From Candidatus Rokuibacteriota bacterium (lineage in GTDB: Bacteria; Methylomirabilota; Methylomirabilia; Rokubacteriales; CSP1-6), in assembly GCA_016184305.1 (NCBI GenBank), contig JACPCX010000119.1, positions 1-26,531 on the forward strand: a DNA stretch of 26,531 nt, written 5' to 3'. How positions within the stretch are numbered: the first letter of the stretch is position 1; every line of letters starts with the position of its first letter. Below, piece after piece: positions 14,524 through 23,461 of this stretch. Both the position numbers and the translations under genes were made by a program. The notes under the pieces are model-generated. The model was not told the DNA's origin and did not search any database. It saw only the letters and a program-made list of their open reading frames with translations.

Positions 14524-14597
14524 ATTCTGCTGACTTCCTCCTTGGTGGATATCGCCGGTACGGGCGCTTGGCCCGTGCCTGGCGTCGAACCCGTGCT

Positions 14598-15209
14598 CTA
14601 CCCGCTCTGCTCGCCGAGCTGCGCGATGGCGCGCATCATCTCCTCGGTGGCCTCGCGGTACCGCTCCTTGCTCCGCCCCGGCGCCTCCGCCTTGAAGGAG
14701 AGAGGCGGCCCGAACGTCACGCGCACCTTCACCGGCCTCGGGATCACTCGACCGCGGGGCAACGCCCGCCCGGAGCCCGAGACGTAGGCCGGCACCACCG
14801 CCGCTCCGCTCAGCACCGCGAGCATCCCGGCCCCGGCCTTGCCCTCGCGCATAGTCCCCTCGTCGCCCCGGGTGCCCTCGGGGAACACCAGGAGGGCCTT
14901 CCCCTCTTGGAGGACCCGGAGGGCCGCCTTCAGCGCTTTCGCGTCAGTCCCGTCGCGCCGGACGGGCCGGGCGTTGACCCCCCGGAGCACCCAGCCGAGC
15001 AGCGGGATGTCGAACAGCTCCGCCTTCGCCATGAAGCAGAGCCGCCTCCGCGTTGCCCCGCCGACGAACGGCGGGTCCAGGATGCTCACGTGGTTCGACA
15101 CGATGAGCACCGGCCCGGTCGGCGGCACCCGATCCGCCCCCCGGACCTCGACCCGGAAGACGAGGCGCATCAGGGCCACCGCGATGGGCTTCAGGACCCC
15201 GTACAGCAC
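14598..15209 (-). CDS. plsC: Lysophospholipid (1-acyl-sn-glycerol-3-phosphate) acyltransferase, PlsC family
   Basis: NHVSILD (HX4D), FMAKAELF, FPEGTR; typical cmk-plsC-rpsA context. Confidence 0.9.
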   Translation of the reverse strand: MLYGVLKPIAVALMRLVFRVEVRGADRVPPTGPVLIVSNHVSILDPPFVGGATRRRLCFMAKAELFDIPLLGWVLRGVNARPVRRDGTDAKALKAALRVLQEGKALLVFPEGTRGDEGTMREGKAGAGMLAVLSGAAVVPAYVSGSGRALPRGRVIPRPVKVRVTFGPPLSFKAEAPGRSKERYREATEEMMRAIAQLGEQSG

Positions 15210-15877
15210 CGGATCCGCTCGACCTCCGCGAGGAGTCGCGTGACGACCGCTTCGGGCTCGAGCCCGGTGGAGTCGACCACCACGGCCCCGGACGGCTTGA
15301 CCAGGGGAGCCAGCGCCCGGCCCATGTCCTGGCGATCGCGGCGAAGGACCTCTTCGCGCACGGCCGTCAAGTCCACGGTGACGCCGCGGTCCGCCAGCTC
15401 TTCCAGGCGCCGTCGGGCTCGCGTCTCGAGGTCCGCGTCGAGGTAGAACTTCACCTCGGCGTCGGGACAGACCACGCTGCCCGTGTCCCGCCCCTCCAGC
15501 ACCACGCCTCCCGGGGTCGCCAGCGCGCGCTGCAGCGGCGTGAGCTTATCACGCACCGGCGGCAGCGCCGTCAGGGCGGAGGTCAGCTCACCGATGGCCG
15601 GTGTCCGGATCTCCGCCGTGACGTCCCGCCCGTTGACGAACACCTTGTCCTCGACCAGCTCCACCGTGGTCCTCGCCAGGACTTCCCGCAGCGCCGGGCC
15701 GTCCTCGGCGGCAATGCCCGCCCGCTGCACCGCCCAGGCCAGTCCCCGGTACATGGCCCCCGTGTCGAGCAGCCGGAACCCGAGCCGCCGCGCCAGCTCC
15801 CGGGCAGCCCTGGACTTGCCAGCCCCCGCCGGCCCGTCGATGGTGACCACAGGCTTCTTCCTGCCGCAGCCCGTCAC
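15191..15877 (-). CDS. cmk: Cytidylate kinase
   Basis: TIDGPAGAGKS, LDTGAMYR, VLEGRDTGSVVCPDAEVKFYL, RRDRQD..R..APL. Start placed at GTG 15877 (GTGA overlap with the aroA stop). Confidence 0.96.
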   Translation of the reverse strand: MTGCGRKKPVVTIDGPAGAGKSRAARELARRLGFRLLDTGAMYRGLAWAVQRAGIAAEDGPALREVLARTTVELVEDKVFVNGRDVTAEIRTPAIGELTSALTALPPVRDKLTPLQRALATPGGVVLEGRDTGSVVCPDAEVKFYLDADLETRARRRLEELADRGVTVDLTAVREEVLRRDRQDMGRALAPLVKPSGAVVVDSTGLEPEAVVTRLLAEVERIRCCTGS

Positions 15878-17199
15878 GCCGACCCTCTCGCGCACGGCGT
15901 GTCGGCCAGGGCGTTCAGCGTGTCGAGGAACCCCGGGAAGGAGGTGGCGATGCAGTCCGTATCCTCTACCACCGTCTCCCCGTCCGCAAGCAGTCCGGCG
16001 ACGACCAGCGCCATGGCCATGCGGTGGTCCCCGCCGCTCGAGACGGTGGCGCCGCGGAGCCGCGTGCCCCCATGGATCTGGAGTCCGTCGGGCCGCTCGG
16101 AGACGCGCGCCCCCATGCGGCCAAGCTCGGCGGCAATGGCGTGGATGCGGTCGGACTCCTTCACGCGGAGCTCGGCGGCATCGCGGATCTCGGTGATCCC
16201 CTCCGCCACGCAGGCCGCCACCGCGAGCGCCGGGATCTCATCGATGAGGCGCGGGATCAGCGGACCCCGGACCACGGTGCCCCGGAGCGCGGACGAGGTC
16301 ACGCGGAGGTCGGCCGCGGGCTCCGCCGCGGTCGCGCCGAGTCCGAGGCCGCTCTCCTGTCGTGAGATGCGGGCGCCCATCTGCGCGAGAACGTCGAGAA
16401 GCCCGGTCCGCGTAGGATTGACTCCCACACCCTTCACCGTCACCGCTGCATCGGGCCCCGCCGCGGCTGCCGCCAGGAAGAAGGCCGCGGACGAGATGTC
16501 CCCCGGCACCGACACCGGTTGCCCCCTGAGCTGGCCTCCGGGGTGCAGCGTCACGGTTCGGCCCGCGATGGAGAGGTTCGCGCCGAAGGCGCCCAGCATG
16601 CGCTCGGTGTGGTCCCGCGACTGCGCCGGCTCCTCCACCGTCACCGGTCCATCCGCCCACAGCCCCGCCAGCAGCACGGCCGTCTTCACCTGGGCCGAGG
16701 CGACCGGTGAGACGAAGCGGAGCGCGCGGAGCGGCCGCGTACCGGTCACGGCGAGGGGCAGCCGGCTTCCGCCCTGCCGGCCCACCACCGTCGCTCCCAT
16801 CTGGCGCAGTGGAGTCGACACCCGGTCCATGGGCCTCCGCCGGAGCGAGGCATCGCCGGTCAATACGCTCCAGAAGGGCTGGGCGGCCAGCACGCCGATG
16901 AGCAGGCGCGCTGTTGTGCCGGAGTTGCCGCAGTCGATGACGTCATCGGGCTCGAGCAGGGCGGCGAGGCCTCCTCCATCGAGCAAATAATGCCCGGCTC
17001 CCTTGCGAATCACCTCCACGCCGAGCGCGCGCACGGCCTTGAGGGTCGCGAGGCAGTCCTCGCCCTCGAGGAAGCCGGAGATCTCGGTGCGGCCCGCGGC
17101 GAGTGCCCCGAAGAGCACGGCCCGGTGCGAGATGGACTTGTCCCCCGGGACCGTCACCTCGCCCCGCAGCCTTCTGACCGGCGTGACGTGGATCCTCAC
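15874..17199 (-). CDS. aroA: 3-phosphoshikimate 1-carboxyvinyltransferase (EPSP synthase)
   Basis: VPGDKSISHR, DCGNSGTT, SLRRRPM, SAQVK, SRDHTERML, VPGDISSAAF, IDEIP, ELRVKESDRI, DHRMAM, TSFPGF. Confidence 0.98.
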   Translation of the reverse strand: MRIHVTPVRRLRGEVTVPGDKSISHRAVLFGALAAGRTEISGFLEGEDCLATLKAVRALGVEVIRKGAGHYLLDGGGLAALLEPDDVIDCGNSGTTARLLIGVLAAQPFWSVLTGDASLRRRPMDRVSTPLRQMGATVVGRQGGSRLPLAVTGTRPLRALRFVSPVASAQVKTAVLLAGLWADGPVTVEEPAQSRDHTERMLGAFGANLSIAGRTVTLHPGGQLRGQPVSVPGDISSAAFFLAAAAAGPDAAVTVKGVGVNPTRTGLLDVLAQMGARISRQESGLGLGATAAEPAADLRVTSSALRGTVVRGPLIPRLIDEIPALAVAACVAEGITEIRDAAELRVKESDRIHAIAAELGRMGARVSERPDGLQIHGGTRLRGATVSSGGDHRMAMALVVAGLLADGETVVEDTDCIATSFPGFLDTLNALADTPCARGSA

Positions 17200-18044
17200 C
17201 GCAGACGCTCCCGGGCCTGTCGGATCCGGTCAAGCTCCTGCTCGATGGCGGAGGCATCCCCCGACGAGATCAGGCCCTCGAGATGATCCAGCGATTTCCT
17301 GAAGGCCGCCACGGCCTCAACCAAGGCGGGGCGATTGGCCTGGAAGATCTCACGCCACACCCGGGGGCTCGACGCCGCGATGCGGGTCATGTCCCTGAAG
17401 CCCCGCGCAGCCACATCGAGGAATGTCGGGTCCATGCGGAGGACGGCATCCACGAGGGCGCCAGCCACGAGGTGCGGCAGGTGGCTCACAGCCGCCACGG
17501 CGCGGTCGTGAGTCGTGGGGTCCAGAGTGGTCACGTGGGCCCCGAGCGCCTCCCAGAACGTGCGCACCCGCGCCAGGGCGCCCGCGTCGCTCTTTTCGTT
17601 CGGCGTCAGGATCACCACGGCGCCGCGGAACAGGTCCGCACGGGCGATCCTGTAGCCGGACTGCTCGGAGCCGGCCATGGGATGCCCCCCGATGAACCGG
17701 AGCGGGCGCGAGGCGGCGAGGCGGTCGGCGGTACGGACGATCAGTCCCTTTGTGCTTCCCACGTCGGTGATGACGGCCCCGCCGGGGGCTGCGGTCCACA
17801 CCGCCGGCAAGAGGGCCTCGAGGGTCGAGACGGGAGCCGCCAGGAGGCAGAAATCAGAGCCGCTGATCCCATCGCTCAGGTCGGTCGTGATGCGATCCAC
17901 CACGCCCTCCTGGAGCGCCGGCTCGAGCGCCTCGCGCCTGCGCCCCACCGCCACGATCTCGCGGGCGAGCGACGCCTCGCGGACCGCCTTCGCGACGGAG
18001 CCCCCCAGGAGGCCGAGACCGACGATGGACAGCTGGTGGATCAC
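17196..18044 (-). CDS. tyrA: Prephenate/arogenate dehydrogenase
   Basis: GLGLLGGS Rossmann motif, TDVGSTK, GGHPMAGSE, HDRAVAAVSHLPH, GFRDMTRIA. Start placed at GTG 18044 (GTGA overlap with the hisC stop). Confidence 0.94.
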   Translation of the reverse strand: MIHQLSIVGLGLLGGSVAKAVREASLAREIVAVGRRREALEPALQEGVVDRITTDLSDGISGSDFCLLAAPVSTLEALLPAVWTAAPGGAVITDVGSTKGLIVRTADRLAASRPLRFIGGHPMAGSEQSGYRIARADLFRGAVVILTPNEKSDAGALARVRTFWEALGAHVTTLDPTTHDRAVAAVSHLPHLVAGALVDAVLRMDPTFLDVAARGFRDMTRIAASSPRVWREIFQANRPALVEAVAAFRKSLDHLEGLISSGDASAIEQELDRIRQARERLR

Positions 18045-19156
18045 GCGCTCTTCGCTTCCGGGAGCACCTTGCGCAATGCCTTCATGAGCCGCCGGTTCTC
18101 CTCCGGTGTGCCCACCGTGACGCGGAGGGCGTTGTCCATCCCGAAGCTCGTCAGCGGACGGACGATCACCCCCTCGCGGAGCAGCCGCTGGTACACGTCC
18201 ACGGCGTTCCGCCCCACGTCCACCAGGATGAAGTTGGCGCGGGACGGGGTGTACTTGAGGCTCAGCGAGGCGAACTCGTCGTAGAGGAACGCCCGCCCCG
18301 CCTCGATCATGCGCAGACACTCGACGATGTGCCCCTCGTCCTCGAGCGCGGCGAGCGCGGCCACCTGAGCCAGCGAGTTCACGTTGAAGGGGGCGCGAAT
18401 CCGGTTGAGGAGCGCCACGCAGTCAGGCGACGCGATGCCATAGCCCACGCGGAGCCCAGCCAGGCTCGCGGCCTTGGAGAAGGTGCGCAGGATGGCGACC
18501 TTGCGCCCCTGCCGGAGATAGGCCAGCGAATCGGGGAAGTCGGGGCCCTGGGCGAACTCCAGGTACGCCTCGTCGAAGACCACGATGACCCGGTCGGGAA
18601 CCCGGGACATGAAATCCTCGACCTCGTTGGCGGTCACGATCGTGGCGGTGGGATTGTTGGGGTTGGCGACGAAGATCATCTTCGTCATGGGCGTGATGGC
18701 GCGTGCCATCGCTTCGAGGTCGAGGCGGTGCTCCTTGAGGGTCACGACGACGCGGATGCCGCCCACGGCCTGGACGATCATCGGGTACACCACGAAGGAC
18801 GGGTGCGGGATGACGACCTCCTCCCCGGGGCGCACGAACGCCCGCACGAGGAGCTCGATGAGCTCGTTGGACCCGTTGCCCAGGACAATGTCGTCGGGGT
18901 TGACCCCATGGCGCCGGGCCAGCGCGTCGCGCAGGTAGAAGCCGCTGCCGTCGGGATAGCGGTTCAGCTGGCCGAGTGCGGCCGCGATGGCCTTCTGGAC
19001 GCGCTCCGAGGGCGGCAGCGGGTTCTCGTTGGAGGCGAGCTTGATGGCGTCCTTGATGGCCAGCTCGCGCTCGAGCTCCTCGATGGGCTTCCCCGGCTCG
19101 TACGGGGCGATGCCGAGGATGTGGGCGTTGGCGAGTGATTCCCAGGAGGCGGACAT
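18041..19156 (-). CDS. hisC: Histidinol-phosphate / aromatic aminotransferase
   Basis: PYEPGKP, KLASNENP, RYPD, GNGSNELI, NPNNPT, DEAY, RTFSKAASLAGLRVGY (PLP lysine), ANFI. Confidence 0.96.
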   Translation of the reverse strand: MSASWESLANAHILGIAPYEPGKPIEELERELAIKDAIKLASNENPLPPSERVQKAIAAALGQLNRYPDGSGFYLRDALARRHGVNPDDIVLGNGSNELIELLVRAFVRPGEEVVIPHPSFVVYPMIVQAVGGIRVVVTLKEHRLDLEAMARAITPMTKMIFVANPNNPTATIVTANEVEDFMSRVPDRVIVVFDEAYLEFAQGPDFPDSLAYLRQGRKVAILRTFSKAASLAGLRVGYGIASPDCVALLNRIRAPFNVNSLAQVAALAALEDEGHIVECLRMIEAGRAFLYDEFASLSLKYTPSRANFILVDVGRNAVDVYQRLLREGVIVRPLTSFGMDNALRVTVGTPEENRRLMKALRKVLPEAKSA

Positions 19157-19166
19157 GGAAGGCTCC

Positions 19167-20228
19167 TTATGCGGCCGGATAGGACCCGAGGATCTTGAGG
19201 AACTGGCAGCGCTCCTCGACGGCGCGAAGCACGTCTCGCACGTCGTCGGTGTCCCGGTGCCCCTCGAAATCCAGGAAGTTCACGTACTCCCAGGGGCGCC
19301 GCTTGGTGGGCCGCGATTCGATCTTGGTCAGGTTAAGCCGGCGCTCGGCGAAGGGCTGCAGGACGCTGTAGAGGACGCCCGGCTCGTTGCGCATGGAGAA
19401 GAGGATGGAGGTCTTGTCCCTTCCCGTGGCCGGCATGGGCCGGCGCCCCAGCACGAGGAAGCGGGTCGAGTTGTAGGGGTTGTCCTCGATGCGCCGCCTC
19501 AGAACGGGCACCTCGTACAGGCGTCCGGCCATCTCCGAGGCGACGGCGGCGACCGTGGGGTCGTCCTTCGCGCGCGTGGCGGCGGCGGAGGTGGAGGAGG
19601 TGTCCTCCGTCGGGACGTCGGGGAGGTTGGCGGCCAGCCACTGCCGGCACTGGGCGAGGGCCTGCGGGTGTGAGCAGACAGTCTTGATCTCGTCGAGAGC
19701 CCCCGCCCTCGAAAGGAGGTGGTGCGTGATCTCGAGGGTGACCTCTCCCGTGATCACCGCCTCGCCGTCCAGCAGGCTATCCAGCGTGATGTTGACGGGC
19801 CCCTCGGTGGAGTTCTCGACCGGGACCACTCCGTACTCCGCCCGGCCGCGCTCGACCTCGTCGAACACCTCGCCGATGCTCCTGACCGCCACGAACACGG
19901 CCGAGGAGCCGAACCGCTGAACCGCCGCCTGGTGGGTGAAGGTGGCCGGGGGCCCGAAATAGGCCACCGGCAGAGGATTCTCCAGGGCGAGCGAGGCGGA
20001 GAGGATCTCCCGCCAGACGGCCCTGAGGGCGCCGGCTGGCAGCGGGCCGCGGCTCCGGGCCGTGATCCGGTCGAGAACCTGCGCTTCCCGATCTGGCGCG
20101 AAGTACGGGAGGGACTGCTGCCTCTTGAGCTCGCCGATCTGGAGGGCGGCGTCTGCGCGCTGATTGAGGAGGTGGAGGATCTCGTTGTCGAGGTCGTTGA
20201 TCCTGGAGCGCCAATCGTCCAGGTTCAT
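19167..20228 (-). CDS. pheA: Bifunctional chorismate mutase / prephenate dehydratase (P-protein)
   Basis: AroQ domain (RSRINDLDNEILHLLNQRA), FGPPATFTHQAA, VPVENSTEG, SHPQALAQC, NSTRF, and ACT domain with KIESRP and LGSYP. Confidence 0.97.
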   Translation of the reverse strand: MNLDDWRSRINDLDNEILHLLNQRADAALQIGELKRQQSLPYFAPDREAQVLDRITARSRGPLPAGALRAVWREILSASLALENPLPVAYFGPPATFTHQAAVQRFGSSAVFVAVRSIGEVFDEVERGRAEYGVVPVENSTEGPVNITLDSLLDGEAVITGEVTLEITHHLLSRAGALDEIKTVCSHPQALAQCRQWLAANLPDVPTEDTSSTSAAATRAKDDPTVAAVASEMAGRLYEVPVLRRRIEDNPYNSTRFLVLGRRPMPATGRDKTSILFSMRNEPGVLYSVLQPFAERRLNLTKIESRPTKRRPWEYVNFLDFEGHRDTDDVRDVLRAVEERCQFLKILGSYPAA

Positions 20229-21004
20229 AGAAGCTCCTGATGAGGCCCGGTCAGCAACTGCCGCATTATAGGCGATGGGTCCGGGGCGCGCAAGCGCCTT
20301 AGGGCCGAGAGCTCGGCGTCGGTCAGGGGGCGGCTCTCCCCCACCCGGAGGCTTCCGAGGTGCAGCGGGCCGAGCTGAACGCGAACGAGGCGCAGGACGG
20401 GATGACCCAGCGCCTTGCAGTAGCGCTTGACCTCCCGGTTGCGCCCCTCTCCGAAGGTCAGCCGCAACCGCGTCGTTCGCGGCCCGGCGTGCAGGATGGT
20501 GACCGCGGAGGGGACAGCGGGCCCGTCCGAGAGCGTCACGCCCCGGCGCCAGCGCTCGAGATCGCGCGGGATGACCCGCCCCTCCACCTCGGCCTCGTAG
20601 ACCCGCGGGATCTCGTGGCGCGGGTGCAGGAGACGGTTGGTCAGCTCCCCGTCGTTCGTGAGAAGCAAGAGCCCCTCGGCGTCGTAGTCGAGGCGCCCCA
20701 CAGGAAAGAGGCGCGGCCCGCGGCCCCGCAGCAAATCCAGCACGACGGGGCGGCCGCCGGGGTCGCTCACGCTGCAGAGGTAGCCGCGCGGCTTGTGGAG
20801 GAGCACGTAGGAGCTGGCTTCGGTTGCGGGCAGCGGGCGACCGTCGATGGCGATCACGTCGACCTGCGGGTCGGCCTGGGCGCCCGGCTCGAGGCGCACC
20901 CGGCCGTTGACCGTGACGCGTCCCTGGGCGAGGAGCGCTTCAGCTCCGCGGCGCGAGGTCAGTCCCGCTTGCGCCAGGATCTTGCTGAGGCGAATCGGCG
21001 CCAG
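20225..21004 (-). CDS. rluB: Pseudouridine synthase RluB/RsuA family with S4 domain; start uncertain (CTG 21004 or GTG 21136)
   Basis: IRLSKILAQAGLTSRR (S4), LLHKPRGY, FPVGRLDYDAEGLLLLTNDG, EGRNREVKR; scpA-scpB-rluB context. Confidence 0.88.
   Translation of the reverse strand: MAPIRLSKILAQAGLTSRRGAEALLAQGRVTVNGRVRLEPGAQADPQVDVIAIDGRPLPATEASSYVLLHKPRGYLCSVSDPGGRPVVLDLLRGRGPRLFPVGRLDYDAEGLLLLTNDGELTNRLLHPRHEIPRVYEAEVEGRVIPRDLERWRRGVTLSDGPAVPSAVTILHAGPRTTRLRLTFGEGRNREVKRYCKALGHPVLRLVRVQLGPLHLGSLRVGESRPLTDAELSALRRLRAPDPSPIMRQLLTGPHQELL
20265..20293 (-). promoter_or_regulatory. Internal sigma70 promoter in the rluB 3' end, driving pheA-hisC-tyrA-aroA
   Basis: TTGCGC (20293-20288), 17 nt, perfect TATAAT (20270-20265); 36 nt before the pheA ATG, which has an AGGAG SD. 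Confidence 0.65.
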
Positions 21005-21665
21005 CGGCCATCCCCTCCTGGTTCTCTTCTCGGGGCGCAGCGACGGCCCGCCCGCTCTCGTCTGACACCGGGTTTCCAGGCTCCGTGTCGGCCGGGCTAT
21101 CAGCTTCGAACAGCGGCTCCCCGCCGCTCTCGGCACCCTGGGGTTCCGGCATGATCAGCTCGCCGTCGACCTTGGGGAGGTCGGCCAGGTCCCGCAGCCC
21201 AAAAGCCACCAGGAAGTCCCTCGTGGTCTCGTAGAGGAAAGGCCGGCCGGGGGAATCCTTCCGTCCCGCGATGCGGATCAACCGGCGCTCCAGCAGGTTG
21301 TCGAGCACACCCTCGGAGTTCACCCCGCGGATGGCGTCGACCTCGGGCCGGGACACGGGTTGCCGGTATGCCACGATGGCCAGCGTCTCGAGGGCGGGGC
21401 GCGAGAGGCGAGAGCGCGTGCGTGAGCGCGCGAGCTTCACGAGCCACGGCGCCACCTCGGACCGCGTGACGAGCCGGAAGCCCCCGCCCGCCTCCATCAC
21501 CTGGAGGGCGCGCCCCTCCCCCTCGAGGCGGCGGCCCAGCAACTCCAGCAGCGCCACGGCCTCGGCCGGAGAGGCGAGCCCCAGGACGTCCTGGACGGTG
21601 ACGGCTTCAACGGGGATGTCCGAGGCGAAGAGGAGCGCCTCCAGGACGTCGATCGGCTCAGCCAT
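20940..21665 (-). CDS. scpB: SMC-Scp complex subunit ScpB
   Basis: LEALLFAS, GGFRLVT, LSRPALETLAIVAYRQPVSR..DAIRGV, GRPFLYETT..FL..FGL..L.DLP, and an acidic low-complexity tail. Confidence 0.95.
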   Translation of the reverse strand: MAEPIDVLEALLFASDIPVEAVTVQDVLGLASPAEAVALLELLGRRLEGEGRALQVMEAGGGFRLVTRSEVAPWLVKLARSRTRSRLSRPALETLAIVAYRQPVSRPEVDAIRGVNSEGVLDNLLERRLIRIAGRKDSPGRPFLYETTRDFLVAFGLRDLADLPKVDGELIMPEPQGAESGGEPLFEADSPADTEPGNPVSDESGRAVAAPREENQEGMAAGADSPQQDPGASGTDLAPRS

Positions 21666-22464
21666 TGCCTCGGTCTCCGCCGGCTTCGGGCGCGGTGGCG
21701 CTCACGATCGTCTCGGCCTCCGGGGTGCGCCGCTCGATGACGATGTCGCTGAAGAGGTCCCCCTGGCGCGCCCTGGCCTGGCCCAGCCGGACCAGCTCCA
21801 GCAGCGCGAGGAGCGTGACGATCCACTCCGCCCGCACGCGGTCTGCGCCCGCCACCGAGGAGAAAAGGAGCGACCAGGTGTGGCGCAGCAGCGAGACGAT
21901 CTCGGCCATGCGCTCGAGGATGGAGATCGGGCTCGCCTCCACCTCGCGCGGCGCCTGCTGCTTCTGGGCCTGGATCAGCCGCGTCATGGCCCGCTGGAGC
22001 AGGTGGACCGAGAGGTCTTCCAGCGGGATCTCCTCGGGCGGCGGTAGCTCGCCCACCGTGCGGCCGAAGAGCAGGGCCTGCTCGGCTTCCCGCTGGGCGA
22101 GCCAGCCGCCCAGCGCCTTGATGCGGGCGTACTCCTGCAGCCGCTCGGCCAGCTCGCGGCGCAGCAGCTCGCCCTCCTCGTCCAGCGCGTCGTCCTGGGC
22201 CCCCTCGGTGTCCGGAACCAGCAGCTTGGACTTGAGGTAGATCAGCGTGGCGGCCATCACCATGAAGGAGCCAGCCATCTCCAGATCCTGGAACCGCACC
22301 GACTCGAGGTGGGCGAGGTACTGATCCGTGATCGTCCGGACGGGGAGCCTGGCGAGGTCCACCTCGTGGGTCCGGCACAGGTGCAGCAGGAGGTCCAGCG
22401 GCCCTTCGAACGCCTCGACGCGGACGGTGAGCCCCGCAGGGGCCTCCGCCGTTGCTGCCGTCAT
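21658..22464 (-). CDS. scpA: Segregation and condensation protein ScpA (kleisin)
   Basis: FEGPLDLLLHL, ITDQYL, FMVMAATLIYLKSKLL, TLLALLELVR..Q.DLFSDI. Start is ATG 22464 (ATGA overlap with trpS); the 821-aa ORF call is over-extended. Confidence 0.95.
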   Translation of the reverse strand: MTAATAEAPAGLTVRVEAFEGPLDLLLHLCRTHEVDLARLPVRTITDQYLAHLESVRFQDLEMAGSFMVMAATLIYLKSKLLVPDTEGAQDDALDEEGELLRRELAERLQEYARIKALGGWLAQREAEQALLFGRTVGELPPPEEIPLEDLSVHLLQRAMTRLIQAQKQQAPREVEASPISILERMAEIVSLLRHTWSLLFSSVAGADRVRAEWIVTLLALLELVRLGQARARQGDLFSDIVIERRTPEAETIVSATAPEAGGDRGNG

Positions 22465-23453
22465 GGCTCGAGCCCCACGGCACTTCGCACCTCTTCCATT
22501 GTTTCCTGGGCGGTCTTGCGCGCCCGGCGGGATCCCTCGTGAAGGACCTCGAGGACCTCCTTCGGGCGATCGGCGAAGTGCTGGCGGCGCTCCCTGATGT
22601 CCCCCAGCGGCGGCAGGAGATGCGTGAGGAGCACGCCCTTGCAGTCGAGACAGCCGATCCCGGCCGTTCGACAGCCGGTGGCGCACCCCTCGCGCTCGGC
22701 CTCGGGGGTGAAGATGCGGTGCAGGTCGAAGACGGGGCACAGGTCCGGGTCGCCCGGGTCGCTCCGCCGCTTGCGAGCCGGATCGGTGATCATGGGCCGG
22801 ATCTTGGCCGTGATGGCGTCGGGAGAGTCGGAGAGGTAGATCGCGTTGTCGTAGGACTTGGACATCTTCCGACCATCGGTCCCGGGCACCTTGGGGATCT
22901 CGGTCAGCTTCGCCTGGGGCTCGGGGAAAATGGGCTTCCACGTGTTGTTGAATCGCCGGGCGACCTCTCGAGTCAGCTCCACGTGGGGCACCTGATCGAT
23001 GCCCACGGGCACCCACTGCGGCTTGTACATGAGGATGTCGGCAGACTGGAGCAGCGGGTAGCCCAGCAGTCCGTACGACGGGGATTCGAGCCCGAGCTGC
23101 TCCACCATCTCCTTGTAGCTGGGCACGCGCTCCAACCAGCCCACCGGCGTCACCATGGAGAAGAGCAGGTGCAGCTCGGCGTGCTCGGGCACCAGCGACT
23201 GGATGAACAGCGTGGAGCGCTCTGGGTCGAGCCCCGCCCCGAGCCAGTCGGCGGCCATCTCGAGCGTATTGGCCGGAGCCTCGACGCTGTTGGCGGCGTC
23301 CGTCGTGAGCGCGTGCCAGTTGGCGACGAAGAAGAAGCAGTCGTAGTCGTCCTGCAGGCGCACCCAGTTGTCCAGCGCCCCGAGGTGGTTCCCGAGATGG
23401 ACCTTGCCCGTGGGACGCATCCCCGACAGCACCCGCTGTTTCGATGACGGCAT
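22461..23453 (-). CDS. trpS: Tryptophan--tRNA ligase
   Basis: LSGMRPTGKVHLGN, HALT, GYPLLQSADIL, VPVGIDQ.PH.E, KMSKS. ATG 23453 has a GAGG SD; GTG 23465 is an alternative start. Confidence 0.98.
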   Translation of the reverse strand: MPSSKQRVLSGMRPTGKVHLGNHLGALDNWVRLQDDYDCFFFVANWHALTTDAANSVEAPANTLEMAADWLGAGLDPERSTLFIQSLVPEHAELHLLFSMVTPVGWLERVPSYKEMVEQLGLESPSYGLLGYPLLQSADILMYKPQWVPVGIDQVPHVELTREVARRFNNTWKPIFPEPQAKLTEIPKVPGTDGRKMSKSYDNAIYLSDSPDAITAKIRPMITDPARKRRSDPGDPDLCPVFDLHRIFTPEAEREGCATGCRTAGIGCLDCKGVLLTHLLPPLGDIRERRQHFADRPKEVLEVLHEGSRRARKTAQETMEEVRSAVGLEP

Positions 23454-23461
23454 GACAATCC

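Noticed and set aside
20940..22464. scpA/scpB without smc as a Wadjet-like or novel condensin system
   Set aside because: trpS-scpA-scpB-rluB with smc located elsewhere is the ordinary arrangement, and no jetC/jetD-like genes are present.
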